Shown here: piece by piece, positions 49,971 to 59,339 of the stretch
Layout: every line of letters starts with the position of its first letter
How positions within the stretch are numbered: the stretch's first letter is position 1
Source of the DNA: Syntrophorhabdaceae bacterium
GTDB taxonomy: Bacteria > Desulfobacterota > Syntrophorhabdia > Syntrophorhabdales > Syntrophorhabdaceae
NCBI GenBank assembly: GCA_963666485.2
Contig: CAXXUO010000001.1
Coordinates: 1,280,001 to 1,344,000 of the forward strand
Direction of reading: 5' to 3'
DNA: 64,000 bases
Notes under the pieces: generated by a model
What the model was told of the DNA's origin: nothing
Databases searched by the model: none
The model's input: the letters and a program-made list of their open reading frames with translations, nothing else
Translations under genes and position numbers: made by a program

Positions 49971-51140
49971 TTAAACGTATATGATGTTGATGAGCTTCCC
50001 CATCGTCTTGAGCTTTTCCGCGAGAAGCTTGACGATGACCTCCCGGGGATATATTCCCATCTGCCTGAATACGATATGCTCATGCCCCGTGTTCGCCGCA
50101 GTGCCGACGAGAAAATTGATCGTGTCGGCCGCATGGAAGAACCTGTACAGGTCGGATACCGATGAATCGGGCTCGAGCTTTTCAGGCGGCTCGCCAAGGA
50201 TATTATAAACCTGGTTGAGCGTTATCGCACCCTCGGTCGCGTAATCGATGCCTTTTATATAATAGGAAGGCGGCTTGTGGTAGGCATTGGACATTGTCTT
50301 TATCTCGATGGGCCGGCCGAGGTTGCGGGCGACGAGCTCCGAGGTTGAAGACCCGCAGACTATCCTCATGCCCCGCATAGCGACAAATTCCTTTACCACC
50401 TTCTCGTCACTTGTTTTTCTTGCCGGGGGACCGGTGAGGACATTGAGGACCTGCGCCTCGCGGCACAGAAGCAGGCTGCAGCTCGTGTCATCGCCGTAGG
50501 TCGTGCCCGAGATGTCGCGCACCTTGCCGACGACCTTTTTCGGGATGTCCCGTACTCGTGTCCCCTGCGCGAGGAGGCCGTTGATGAAGTCGCATGCGCC
50601 CTCGATCCCCCATCCCATGCGGTATTGCTGGCCGAGGCCCGCCTGGCTCACGCCATCGCTGACCATCACGATCCCGTCGCCGTACTCGAGCATGCAGTTG
50701 ACCTCACCGACCATCTCGAGCCCCATCGGGAAGACCCTCTGTTTCGGAAGGTATGCCGCCAGCCGGTTGTTGATGAGGACAGGCGGAGGTATCTCGTACG
50801 ACATGACCGTAGCGTGGCCGCTGCCGAGAACACGGCTGACGGAAAACGCGGAAAAAGGAATGTCGGTCGTGCGGGCGGCGTGCATGGTGTCGATGATCTT
50901 CTGGCATGCCTCGCGAAGGGTGAACCCCACGCGCAAGAGCTCCATGAGCCGGGACGCGCACATGACCGCCGCGACGTGCGCCTTGATACCGGTGCCGATA
51001 CCGTCGGCGAGGACGGTCGTCGTCGCCTCGGCGGTCCGCTCGGTTATGATGTAGTCGCCGCATATCCCGCCCGGCTTTTTCGCCGCCTGCGAATTTACGG
51101 TCTCGACATATTTTCTCGGTTCATCGGGGGTTGGCTTCAT
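49971..51140 (-). CDS. SpoIIE/PP2C-type Ser/Thr protein phosphatase
   Basis: CGD, LADGIG, SDGVSQAG, GDDT metal-binding motifs. Confidence 0.85.
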   Translation of the reverse strand: MKPTPDEPRKYVETVNSQAAKKPGGICGDYIITERTAEATTTVLADGIGTGIKAHVAAVMCASRLMELLRVGFTLREACQKIIDTMHAARTTDIPFSAFSVSRVLGSGHATVMSYEIPPPVLINNRLAAYLPKQRVFPMGLEMVGEVNCMLEYGDGIVMVSDGVSQAGLGQQYRMGWGIEGACDFINGLLAQGTRVRDIPKKVVGKVRDISGTTYGDDTSCSLLLCREAQVLNVLTGPPARKTSDEKVVKEFVAMRGMRIVCGSSTSELVARNLGRPIEIKTMSNAYHKPPSYYIKGIDYATEGAITLNQVYNILGEPPEKLEPDSSVSDLYRFFHAADTINFLVGTAANTGHEHIVFRQMGIYPREVIVKLLAEKLKTMGKLINIIYV

Positions 51141-52860
51141 CTGACTCGCTCAGGCTCATAAGCTTTCTGACAAGTTCCTCGCCGCGCGCGGTGCTCTCCC
51201 CGAGGAACTGCGCTATCTTTTGTGCCATCTTGATCTGGTGCTCGAGGAGTTCATGCGCCTGCTCGACCGTCTGGGACCGTATCTCTTTCAATTTCTTTTC
51301 GTGTTCCTGCTGGCTCGTTATGTTGATAAAGATGCCGACGATCTGTTTCTCGTCCTTGAGCATGTAGAGAAGTTCCCTGCACAGGAGATTGTAGGGACGG
51401 TGGAAAATGGTGATATCGAGGTTCTGTTCCTGGCCGGATATCAGCTTCTCGAAGGGCGCCGGGTCCATAAGATACGATATGTGGCGACCCAGTATCACGT
51501 CGCTGCACGAGAAGAATTTTTTGAACGCCGGGTTCATCCCGATAATATTGAGCTCGTCGTCGAGCATGATGACGCCGTTCGGCGTTGTGCCGAATATCTG
51601 GTCAGTGCGCCTCTCTGCCAGTCTGCGCATGTACGGTATGCACATCTCCGGCTCAGCCATGCCGAGTGCGACGGCTATCGCCTTTTCGCGGCAACTGTCA
51701 TAGCCGCACGCCCCGCAGTTGAGCTGTTGCTCGGGGTCCTGTTTGCCTGTCTGGGCAAGGATCTTCTGGATCGCTTCTTCCGTTACGTCCTTCGGCGACG
51801 GGCCGCTTTCCGCCGTACCGAAGGCTGCCGTGAAAAGACCGCCGTCCGCCGCCTCGGGCGGGGGCGTCCCCGGCGCTATCGTGCTGTTGTATTCGATAAT
51901 ATCGCGCCTGCGCTCGAAGAGGTTCTTTCCGGGCTCGATGCCGGGCCCGTTGATGCATCCCTGGCTGCAGAAAAGAGGCTCGATGATGGCGTGGTCGGGG
52001 CCTTCCCCGATCCCGTTCAACAATTCACGGACACCCTGGATACTGTCGACCTTGAGGAGCTTGAGGTTGAGTCCGTCGTCGTCGAGTCCGGCTGTCTTGA
52101 TGAGCCCTCCCGGGAGCGGGTACAACTGCGCCTCATGGACCGGTTTCTCGTCAAAATTGCTTTCTTCGCACATGGACAGGTCGATCCCTTTCTGGGCAAA
52201 CCACTGGTTCAACTCCCTGAAAGTGAGAACGCAGTCGACAATGCCTTTGACCTCCTGCCGTGTCAGTTCCGATTTTTTTGCCACGCACGGCCCGATAAAG
52301 AGGACCTTGATCTCCTGTCCGAGCTTTTCCTTGAGGAGGCGTGCGTGTGCCGCCATCGGGGAGACGAGGGGCAACAGGTGCCCCGTCAGTTCGGGCTGGT
52401 ATTTCTCGATATAGTTGACGAGGGCCGGGCATGCTGTTGCGATATGCGGGCCGCCCTCGGCCATTTCCTCGGCCAGGCGCCGGGATTCAAGGGATATCTG
52501 GTAGGCGCCGTGGGACGTTTGTCCCACATAGCGGATGCCGAGCGCACGCAGGGCGGACGGAAGCCGCGACAGCTGCCATGAGTTGAAGACGGCGGCAAAG
52601 GATGGCGCTATACTTGCCGCCACGAAATGCCCTTCGTCGATGAGGCGCTTGGCAACATCGATGTCGTTGCGGAACGTCTTTGCCTGCTGCGGACATTCGC
52701 GAATGCAGGTGCCGCAGGCAATGCAGCGCTTCTCGTCAACATACGCCTGCCCTTTCTGCATGCGGATCGCCTTCACCGGGCATGCCCGAAGGCACCTGTA
52801 GCAGTCCCGGCACCGTGCTGTCAGCGTGTAAACGATCTGTGGTTTGGATATGTCAAACAT
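51121..52860 (-). CDS. Putative sensory (group C, HydS-like) [FeFe] hydrogenase with PAS domain
   Basis: 2x[4Fe-4S] N-terminus; variant H-cluster motifs TACP, GPCVAKKSE, FCSQGCINGPG; NCGACG..C; PAS (TPNGV...MNPAF). Confidence 0.88.
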   Translation of the reverse strand: MFDISKPQIVYTLTARCRDCYRCLRACPVKAIRMQKGQAYVDEKRCIACGTCIRECPQQAKTFRNDIDVAKRLIDEGHFVAASIAPSFAAVFNSWQLSRLPSALRALGIRYVGQTSHGAYQISLESRRLAEEMAEGGPHIATACPALVNYIEKYQPELTGHLLPLVSPMAAHARLLKEKLGQEIKVLFIGPCVAKKSELTRQEVKGIVDCVLTFRELNQWFAQKGIDLSMCEESNFDEKPVHEAQLYPLPGGLIKTAGLDDDGLNLKLLKVDSIQGVRELLNGIGEGPDHAIIEPLFCSQGCINGPGIEPGKNLFERRRDIIEYNSTIAPGTPPPEAADGGLFTAAFGTAESGPSPKDVTEEAIQKILAQTGKQDPEQQLNCGACGYDSCREKAIAVALGMAEPEMCIPYMRRLAERRTDQIFGTTPNGVIMLDDELNIIGMNPAFKKFFSCSDVILGRHISYLMDPAPFEKLISGQEQNLDITIFHRPYNLLCRELLYMLKDEKQIVGIFINITSQQEHEKKLKEIRSQTVEQAHELLEHQIKMAQKIAQFLGESTARGEELVRKLMSLSESDEANPR

Positions 52861-52882
52861 CTGTGGTACCTCTTACGGGGGT

Positions 52883-54880
52883 TCAAACCTCGCGTTTGAT
52901 GGCCTCGATGGCCATGTCCGTGGTGCAGCCTTCGATGATCCTGCTGCCTACCTTGATCGTCGGCCCCTTGTCGCACTTCTCAAAACAGAAGGATGCCTTA
53001 ACATTCACCCTGTCGTCAAGCCCTTTGACATTGATGTGCTCGAGTATGTCGCGCAGCAGCTTTTGTGAACCTTTGAGGAAACAGCTGGTCCCGAAGCAGA
53101 CGCTGATATCGAGGCTCTTCTCGACCCCGGAACTGATGTTCAGGTCTTCGTCGATGATGCGCTTGCGCGAGGAATAGCTCGTGTGGAGAAGCTTGTGTGC
53201 CTTTGCGCTGCCTATGTCGCCGAGCTCTTTTTCGTAGAGTTCGGTAATGTAGGGGTTATCTTGCGATTTGTGGAGCTCCAGCATCCGGTCGCTCTCGTAG
53301 AGTCCCTTCGTGCGCTGGCGTTTAACGGCCGGGTCGGTGAAGACCGGTTGCCCGGCACCGCCGATACACCCGCCCGGGCATGCCATGACCTCGACGAGGT
53401 CATAATGGACTTTCCCCGTCTGTATGTCTTCGAGGACCTTCCGGGCGTTGCCGAGCCCGCTGACGATCGCGAGTGTGAATTCATTGCCTCCTACCGCAAG
53501 CTTTGCCTCGCGTATCCCGTTGTCCCCGCGCACTGACATGAATTCGTACGCATCGTGCTTCTGCCCGGTCAGCTTTTCGCTCGCATACCGCAGGACGGCT
53601 TCGCTCACGCCGCCCGAGTTGCCGAATATGACCCCGGCCCCTGTTTTGAAACCGAAGGGGAGGTGGTATGATTCGGGGCCGAGGTCCTTGAAATGCAGGC
53701 CGGCTTCTTCGATCATGCGCCCGAACTCCTGGGTCGTCAGGACGTGATCGACGTCGCGCACGCCGTCGCTTTCGAATTCGGGCCTCTTCGCCTCGAATTT
53801 TTTCGCCGTGCACGGCATGATAGATACGACGACAATGTCTTCGCGCTTCACCTTCAGTTCGCTGGCGAGCATCTCTTTTGCCAGCGCCCCGAACATCTGC
53901 TGGGGAGAGCGGCAGCTGGAAAGATGGTTGACGAATTCGGGGTAATACTGTTCTACGAACTTGACCCATGCCGGGCAGCAGGAAGTGAACTGCGGGATCC
54001 TGTCGCCTGCTGTCACGCGCTTGATGAACTCGTTGCTTTCTTCGAGGACGGTAAGGTCGGCCGTGAACGACGTGTCGTATATCTTGTCAAAGCCGATGGC
54101 CCTCAGGGCCGCAGCGATCTGTCCCGTCGTGAGCGTCCCCGGCGGGAGCCCGAACATCTCGCCGATGGCGACCCGCACAGCCGGTGCGACCTGGGCGACG
54201 ACGACCTTTCCCGGGTCATGGATGGCCTTCCATACCTCATCCACCTCGGATTTGGGCGTGAGCGCACCGGTGGGGCAGATGCGGGCACACTGGCCGCAGT
54301 TCACGCACTCGACCTGGTCGAGGGCCTTGCCGAAGGACGGGATGACGACTGTCTGGGCGCCCCTGTAGGCGAAGTCGATGGCGCCGACGGACTGTACCTC
54401 GGAGCAGATGCGAACGCAGTCGCCGCACAGCACGCATTTATTGGGGTCGCGTACGATAGACGGCGATGATTCGTCGGCCGGCATTTCCTTGAGCTGGTTT
54501 TTGAACCGGACCTTCGTTATGCCGAGCCGTTTGGCGAGCGCCTGCAGCTGGCACGTCGTGCTTTTCTGGCACGTCGGGCAGTTCTGGCTGTGGTTTGCGA
54601 GTAACAGTTCGACAATGATCTTGCGCATCCTGCGTATCTCGCCGGTGTTGGTGCTGACCTTCATCTCCGCAGACGGCGGGGTGGAACATGCCGGAACGAG
54701 GCCCATGCCGTCGACCTGCACCATGCACAGGCGGCAGGCGCCGTAGACGCTGAGCTCCGAATGGTAGCAGAACGTGGGAAGGTCTATCCGCGCCTTCCTG
54801 ATCAGCTCGAGGAGGTTCTGTTCGTTTTCGATGGGGATCTCTTTATTATCTATATAGACGAAAGTGCCGGTCATGGTCAT
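52883..54880 (-). CDS. hydA: [FeFe] hydrogenase catalytic subunit (group A) with C-terminal thioredoxin-like [2Fe-2S] domain
   Basis: TSCCPAW, MPCTAKKFE, EVMACPGGCIGGAGQP; ATG 54880 overlaps the hydB stop. Confidence 0.95.
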   Translation of the reverse strand: MTMTGTFVYIDNKEIPIENEQNLLELIRKARIDLPTFCYHSELSVYGACRLCMVQVDGMGLVPACSTPPSAEMKVSTNTGEIRRMRKIIVELLLANHSQNCPTCQKSTTCQLQALAKRLGITKVRFKNQLKEMPADESSPSIVRDPNKCVLCGDCVRICSEVQSVGAIDFAYRGAQTVVIPSFGKALDQVECVNCGQCARICPTGALTPKSEVDEVWKAIHDPGKVVVAQVAPAVRVAIGEMFGLPPGTLTTGQIAAALRAIGFDKIYDTSFTADLTVLEESNEFIKRVTAGDRIPQFTSCCPAWVKFVEQYYPEFVNHLSSCRSPQQMFGALAKEMLASELKVKREDIVVVSIMPCTAKKFEAKRPEFESDGVRDVDHVLTTQEFGRMIEEAGLHFKDLGPESYHLPFGFKTGAGVIFGNSGGVSEAVLRYASEKLTGQKHDAYEFMSVRGDNGIREAKLAVGGNEFTLAIVSGLGNARKVLEDIQTGKVHYDLVEVMACPGGCIGGAGQPVFTDPAVKRQRTKGLYESDRMLELHKSQDNPYITELYEKELGDIGSAKAHKLLHTSYSSRKRIIDEDLNISSGVEKSLDISVCFGTSCFLKGSQKLLRDILEHINVKGLDDRVNVKASFCFEKCDKGPTIKVGSRIIEGCTTDMAIEAIKREV

Positions 54881-56769
54881 TCTCCTTTGATCGCCTTGAA
54901 TTTGCATGCTTCAACGCAGATGTAGCATTTTCTGCAGGTCTTGTCGTCGATGCGGTGCGGTTTGCCTTTTTCGCCCGAGATGGCGCCTACCGGGCATTTC
55001 GCGGCGCACAGCGTACAGCCCTTGCAGAGTTCCTCATCGACGACGAGTCTCACGAGTGCCTTGCACTTGCCCGTCGGGCACCTCTTGTCCCGGACGTGGG
55101 CGATGTATTCATCACGGAAATGCTTCATCGTGGAGAGGACGGGGTTCGGTGCGGTCTTGCCGAGGCCGCAGAGAGAACCTTTCTGGACGGCGCCGGCAAG
55201 GTCCTCGAGCAGGTCGAGTGTCCCCATCGTCGCGCGCCCCTCGATGATATCGTCGAGCAGTGCCAGCATCTGCTTGGTACCCTCGCGGCACAGGACGCAT
55301 TTCCCGCACGACTCGTGCTGGGTGAACTGCATGAAGAAACGCGCCACGCTGACCATGCAGGTGTTCTTGTTCATGACGACGAGCCCGCCCGAGCCGACCA
55401 TTGCCCCGACAGTCTTCAGGGAGTCGAAATCGATCGGCAGGTCGAGGTGGTCGCGCGTCAGGCATCCGCCCGAAGGGCCGCCTATCTGGACGGCCTTGAA
55501 GCCGTCGCTCACCGCCTTGCCGCTGTCGGACGTCATGCCGCCGGCGACGCCGTAGATGATCTCGCGCAGGGTCGCGCCGAAGGGCATCTCGATAAGGCCC
55601 GAATTGGCGACATGGCCTGTCAGCGCGAACGTCTTGGTCCCCGGGGAGTCCTTCGTCCCGACCTTCCGGTATCCTTCCGGGCCGATCTTCAGGACCAGGG
55701 GCACCTGGGAGAGTGTCTCGACGTTATTTATTATCGTCGGTTTCCCCCACAGGCCGCTGACCGACGGAAAAGGCGGTTTCGGTGACGGCATCCCGCGCTT
55801 GCCTTCGATCGACGCGATGAGCGCCGTTTCTTCGCCGCAGACAAAGGCGCCGGCGCCTTCCATGATGTTCAGGTTGAAGGAGTGCGTGGACCCGAAGAGG
55901 TTCTTTCCAAGAAGCCCGACGCGGTACGCGTCGTCGATCGCCTTGCGGAGCCTCTTGACAGCGAGCGGATATTCGGCCCGCACGTATATGTACCCCTCGT
56001 TGGCCTCGATGGCGCGGGCCGCTATGGCCATGCCCTCTATAACGCTGTGGGGGTTGCCTTCCATAATGCCCATGTCCATGAACGCCCCGGGGTCACCCTC
56101 GTCGCCGTTGCATATCACATATTTCTTCTCGTTCACCTCGCGCCGGGCGACGTCCCATTTTCTGCCCGCGGGGAAACCTCCGCCGCCGCGCCCGCGCAAG
56201 CCTGATGCGAAGATAAGCTCGCAGATCTCTTCGGATGTCATTTCGAGGTATGCACGGACAGCCTGCTGGTACCCGCCGGCAGCTATATATTCGTTGATGT
56301 CCTCGGGGTCGATGGCCCCGCAGTTCTCAAGCACGAACCGGTGCTGCCTGCGGTAAAAGGGGATATCGTCCTTCGTGCGGCACATCCTCTGACTGTCGGG
56401 CTCGACATAGAGGAGCCTCTCGACGACGTCGCCGCCCTTGACGGTCTTCTCGACTATTTCGCCGACGTCGAGCGGTTTTACCCGGGTATAGAAGATACCT
56501 TCCGGCAGTATGGTGACGAGCGGCCCTATCTGGCAGAACCCCTGGCACCCCGTCCGGGAGACGAAAATGCCCTCTTCTTCCTTTTTCAGCTCGACGATCG
56601 CGTTAAGGCCGCTTTCCTCGATGGCCTTCACAAACGCCTCGTATACCTTGAGAGACCCGTTGACAAGGCATCCCGTTCCGGCACACACGAGGACCCTGCG
56701 CGTGGCAGCCTGTGACCTGACGGCAAAGTCCGTCCCTATTTTATTAAGCCCCGTGAGCATCAGATTCAT
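54877..56769 (-). CDS. hydB: NuoF-like flavoprotein subunit
   Basis: GLRGRGGGGF, NGDEGDPGAFMD, CGEETAL, ESCGKC; N-terminal [2Fe-2S] and C-terminal 2x[4Fe-4S]. Confidence 0.93.
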   Translation of the reverse strand: MNLMLTGLNKIGTDFAVRSQAATRRVLVCAGTGCLVNGSLKVYEAFVKAIEESGLNAIVELKKEEEGIFVSRTGCQGFCQIGPLVTILPEGIFYTRVKPLDVGEIVEKTVKGGDVVERLLYVEPDSQRMCRTKDDIPFYRRQHRFVLENCGAIDPEDINEYIAAGGYQQAVRAYLEMTSEEICELIFASGLRGRGGGGFPAGRKWDVARREVNEKKYVICNGDEGDPGAFMDMGIMEGNPHSVIEGMAIAARAIEANEGYIYVRAEYPLAVKRLRKAIDDAYRVGLLGKNLFGSTHSFNLNIMEGAGAFVCGEETALIASIEGKRGMPSPKPPFPSVSGLWGKPTIINNVETLSQVPLVLKIGPEGYRKVGTKDSPGTKTFALTGHVANSGLIEMPFGATLREIIYGVAGGMTSDSGKAVSDGFKAVQIGGPSGGCLTRDHLDLPIDFDSLKTVGAMVGSGGLVVMNKNTCMVSVARFFMQFTQHESCGKCVLCREGTKQMLALLDDIIEGRATMGTLDLLEDLAGAVQKGSLCGLGKTAPNPVLSTMKHFRDEYIAHVRDKRCPTGKCKALVRLVVDEELCKGCTLCAAKCPVGAISGEKGKPHRIDDKTCRKCYICVEACKFKAIKGE

Positions 56770-57253
56770 TGTGCGCCTCCTTGAGAACGATCTCGTCGAT
56801 AATGTCGGATACCCTCTGCGGCGTCAGCTGCCCGTACACCTCTTCGTTGACGACCATTGCGGGGGAGAGCCCGCAGGCTCCGAGGCAGTTCACCGTTTCG
56901 ACCGTGAAGAGCATGTCGGACGTCGAGTCTTCGCCGTCCTTGAGGCCAAGCTTTTTGACGATGGCACCGTAAAGGCCCATAGACCCTTTTACGTGGCACG
57001 CCGTTCCGTTGCAGACGCGGATAAGATATTTGCCTTTCGGTTTCAAGGTGAACAGGGAGTAGAATGTCGCCACCCCGAACACCCTCGCGGGCGATATGCC
57101 GAGCGATGTTGCGACAAAGGTCAATATCTCTTCGGGCAGGTACCGGTATTCCGCCTGTACCGCCTGAAGGATAGGTATGAGCCGTGCGGCGCTCCTCTGG
57201 TTCTGGTCGATGATCTCGAATACACGTTCAAATTTTCTTATTGTTTCCATCAT
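56744..57253 (-). CDS. hydC: NuoE-like [2Fe-2S] subunit
   Basis: GVATFY, CNGTAC, CLGAC. Confidence 0.93.
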   Translation of the reverse strand: MMETIRKFERVFEIIDQNQRSAARLIPILQAVQAEYRYLPEEILTFVATSLGISPARVFGVATFYSLFTLKPKGKYLIRVCNGTACHVKGSMGLYGAIVKKLGLKDGEDSTSDMLFTVETVNCLGACGLSPAMVVNEEVYGQLTPQRVSDIIDEIVLKEAHNESDAHGA

Positions 57254-57935
57254 TCACCCCATCCTGCGATTGAGTTGTTCTTGCCAGTGTCAGTTTCTTC
57301 GAAAGCACAACGAGAGATGAAGCCAGGTTCTCGTGCTGGACGATGATGCCTGCCGGTACGGCGACCTTTACCGGCGAAAAGTTCCATATGGCCTCGATGC
57401 CGGCATGCACCATTTCGTTGGTCAGGTCCTGTGCGGGCGTCGACGGCACGGTGAGGATCCCTATCTTTATGCCCATCCTCTTGACCATGTTGTCGAGCTT
57501 CCCGATGTGGAACACCTTGACGCCGTGGATCGTCTTCCCGATCTTGTCCTTGTCGACATCGAATGCGGCTATTATGTTGAGCCCGTACTCCTTGAACCTC
57601 TCAAATCCGAGAAGCGCCGTCCCGAGGTGCCCGACCCCGACAAGGTAGGCGTCCTTCGTGTTGTTCCATCCGAGGAACTCCTCGATGATCGTAATGAGCT
57701 CGTCGATAGAGTACCCGAGCTTCGGCTTCCCCACGGCATCCGTAACGCCGAGGTCCTTGCGGACCTGGATCGGAAGAACGCTCAGGTCATTGCCGATCTG
57801 CGTGCAGGATATATAGTCGCCCTTTTTCTCATCCCGTACCTTTTTCAGATACTGGTAATAAAGCGGCAGCCTCCTGAGCGTCGGCTCGGGGATCGCCTTT
57901 ATCACCGGTTCCTTTGTGGCTTCGACCTTTGGCAT
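57228..57935 (-). CDS. rex: Redox-sensing transcriptional repressor Rex
   Basis: IPEPTLRRLPLY, QVRKDL, GVGHLG, IWNFSP. Confidence 0.93.
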   Translation of the reverse strand: MPKVEATKEPVIKAIPEPTLRRLPLYYQYLKKVRDEKKGDYISCTQIGNDLSVLPIQVRKDLGVTDAVGKPKLGYSIDELITIIEEFLGWNNTKDAYLVGVGHLGTALLGFERFKEYGLNIIAAFDVDKDKIGKTIHGVKVFHIGKLDNMVKRMGIKIGILTVPSTPAQDLTNEMVHAGIEAIWNFSPVKVAVPAGIIVQHENLASSLVVLSKKLTLARTTQSQDGVNDGNNKKI

Positions 57936-57953
57936 ATCAGGCCTCCATCATAT

Positions 57954-58018
57954 TAGATAAATATCTATCTATAAATTAATATCGATAAAAATATATCGAA
58001 TAAGAGGGAGGGAGTCAA
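57954..58018 (-). promoter_or_regulatory. sigma70 promoter with two 18-bp palindromic operator candidates
   Basis: TTGACT (58018-58013)-17 nt-TATATT (57995-57990); palindromes TAGATA-N6-TATCTA (57954-57971) and TCGATA-N6-TATCGA (57982-57999). Confidence 0.65.
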
Positions 58019-58026
58019 GAAAAAAA

Positions 58027-58560
58027 ACGGCGTACGGCTAACGGAAAAGGCGAAAGGAAAAGGAAAAGGCGAAAGGCTAAAGGCTAAAGGCGAAATGGCG
58101 AGTGCCAGGATATCGTGGACTAAAATTATACCGCCACACCAGCCGTCATTCCGGCTTGCCGGAATCCAGTGTCTTTGTTTTTCCGTCGTTCACGTTCATA
58201 GAGTTAATACTTCTGTGTATAAGGCTGCCAGCGTCTGATCTATCAGTACAAGTTATGGGCAGGTTTCCAAAGAGAGTTACCGCAAGAAAAACCAACTGAA
58301 AAGACACTGGATTCCGGCAAGCCGGAATGACGGTTAGAGGGAAACGCCACTGGATTCCGGCAAGGGAATGACGGATCGAGGGAAAAGACGCTGGATTCCG
58401 GCAAGCCGGAATGACGGATAGAATTGTCTGGCACTCTCAGTCCAGGATGTCCTGGCACATTTTTTAGTCCACGATGTCGTGACACTCAACAGCTAAAGCT
58501 AAAGGCGTGCATTCTTTTCGTCACCCCGGCGAAGGCCGGGGTCCAGAGTCTTTGCTCTTT
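58027..58560. repeat. Repeat cluster: AAAGGCN heptamer array, 26-bp IR-bounded unit, five REP-like palindromes
   Basis: IR 58100-58125 / 58462-58487; ctggattccggcaagccggaatgacgg-type copies near 58143, 58307, 58350, 58391 and a variant at 58519. Confidence 0.8.
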
Positions 58561-59267
58561 TGGTTTAACCAGAATTTTCTCTCGTCCGGGGTGAATCTCT
58601 CAATGCTGTATCGGAGCATGGTCCTCGGCATGGATGAGGCGTGGTGTCCGAGGAAGGTTCGCAACGCGGAAAGGTCCCGTTTGCCGGCCTCGCGGAGCAT
58701 CCAGCCGGTTGCTTTATGAATGAGTTCCTCCTTGTCGGAAAGAAGTGTCCGGGCAATTTCGAGAGTGTCGGCAAGATCATTGCGCCGGATAAAGTGGAAC
58801 GTGGCAACGATCGCGATCCGTCTCTCCCACAGGCTCCCGGATATGGCCAGTTCGTAGAGCTTGCCGCGCGGCCTTTTGTGGAGGTAATCCCCCACAATGT
58901 TCGGTGCCGATATGTCCACGAGGTCCCAGTTGTTGATGCGATGCGTATTGGCGAGGTACATCTCGTACACGCGGTCCCGCCCCGGACCATCGACCCTTTT
59001 GTAGATATCGGTCAGGCACACCAGCGCGAACAGGCGTTCCTCGTGGAATTCCGAATGAAGAAATTCACGGGCAAAGTTCTCGTCGATACCTTTACATGCC
59101 GAAGCGAGCCGTCGGAGTTTCGGCACCACGATCCCCAAAAACTTGTCCCCCTCCCCGTATTCCCCGGGCCCCGTCTTGAAAAACCTCCGCAGCACCGTCG
59201 CCTTGTCGGGGTCCGCCATTGACCTCAACTGCGCCCTGACCTCATCAACGGAAACGTTCCTTCCCAT
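58521..59267 (-). CDS. DNA alkylation repair protein (AlkD-like)
   Basis: FFKTGPGEYGEGD, INNWDLVD, LWERR, IHKATGWMLRE; start approximate. Confidence 0.88.
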   Translation of the reverse strand: MGRNVSVDEVRAQLRSMADPDKATVLRRFFKTGPGEYGEGDKFLGIVVPKLRRLASACKGIDENFAREFLHSEFHEERLFALVCLTDIYKRVDGPGRDRVYEMYLANTHRINNWDLVDISAPNIVGDYLHKRPRGKLYELAISGSLWERRIAIVATFHFIRRNDLADTLEIARTLLSDKEELIHKATGWMLREAGKRDLSALRTFLGHHASSMPRTMLRYSIERFTPDERKFWLNQKSKDSGPRPSPG

Positions 59268-59339
59268 CCTCCACGCCCTATCGACATTTTTCACAGAGGA
59301 ATGATACCCCAAACTTTCGGGAAAAAGCATGAAAAAAAC

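Noticed and set aside
58140..58420. Recurrent ~30-bp palindromes as a CRISPR array
   Set aside because: Copies occur in both orientations with irregular spacing, and no cas genes are present; a REP-like family fits better
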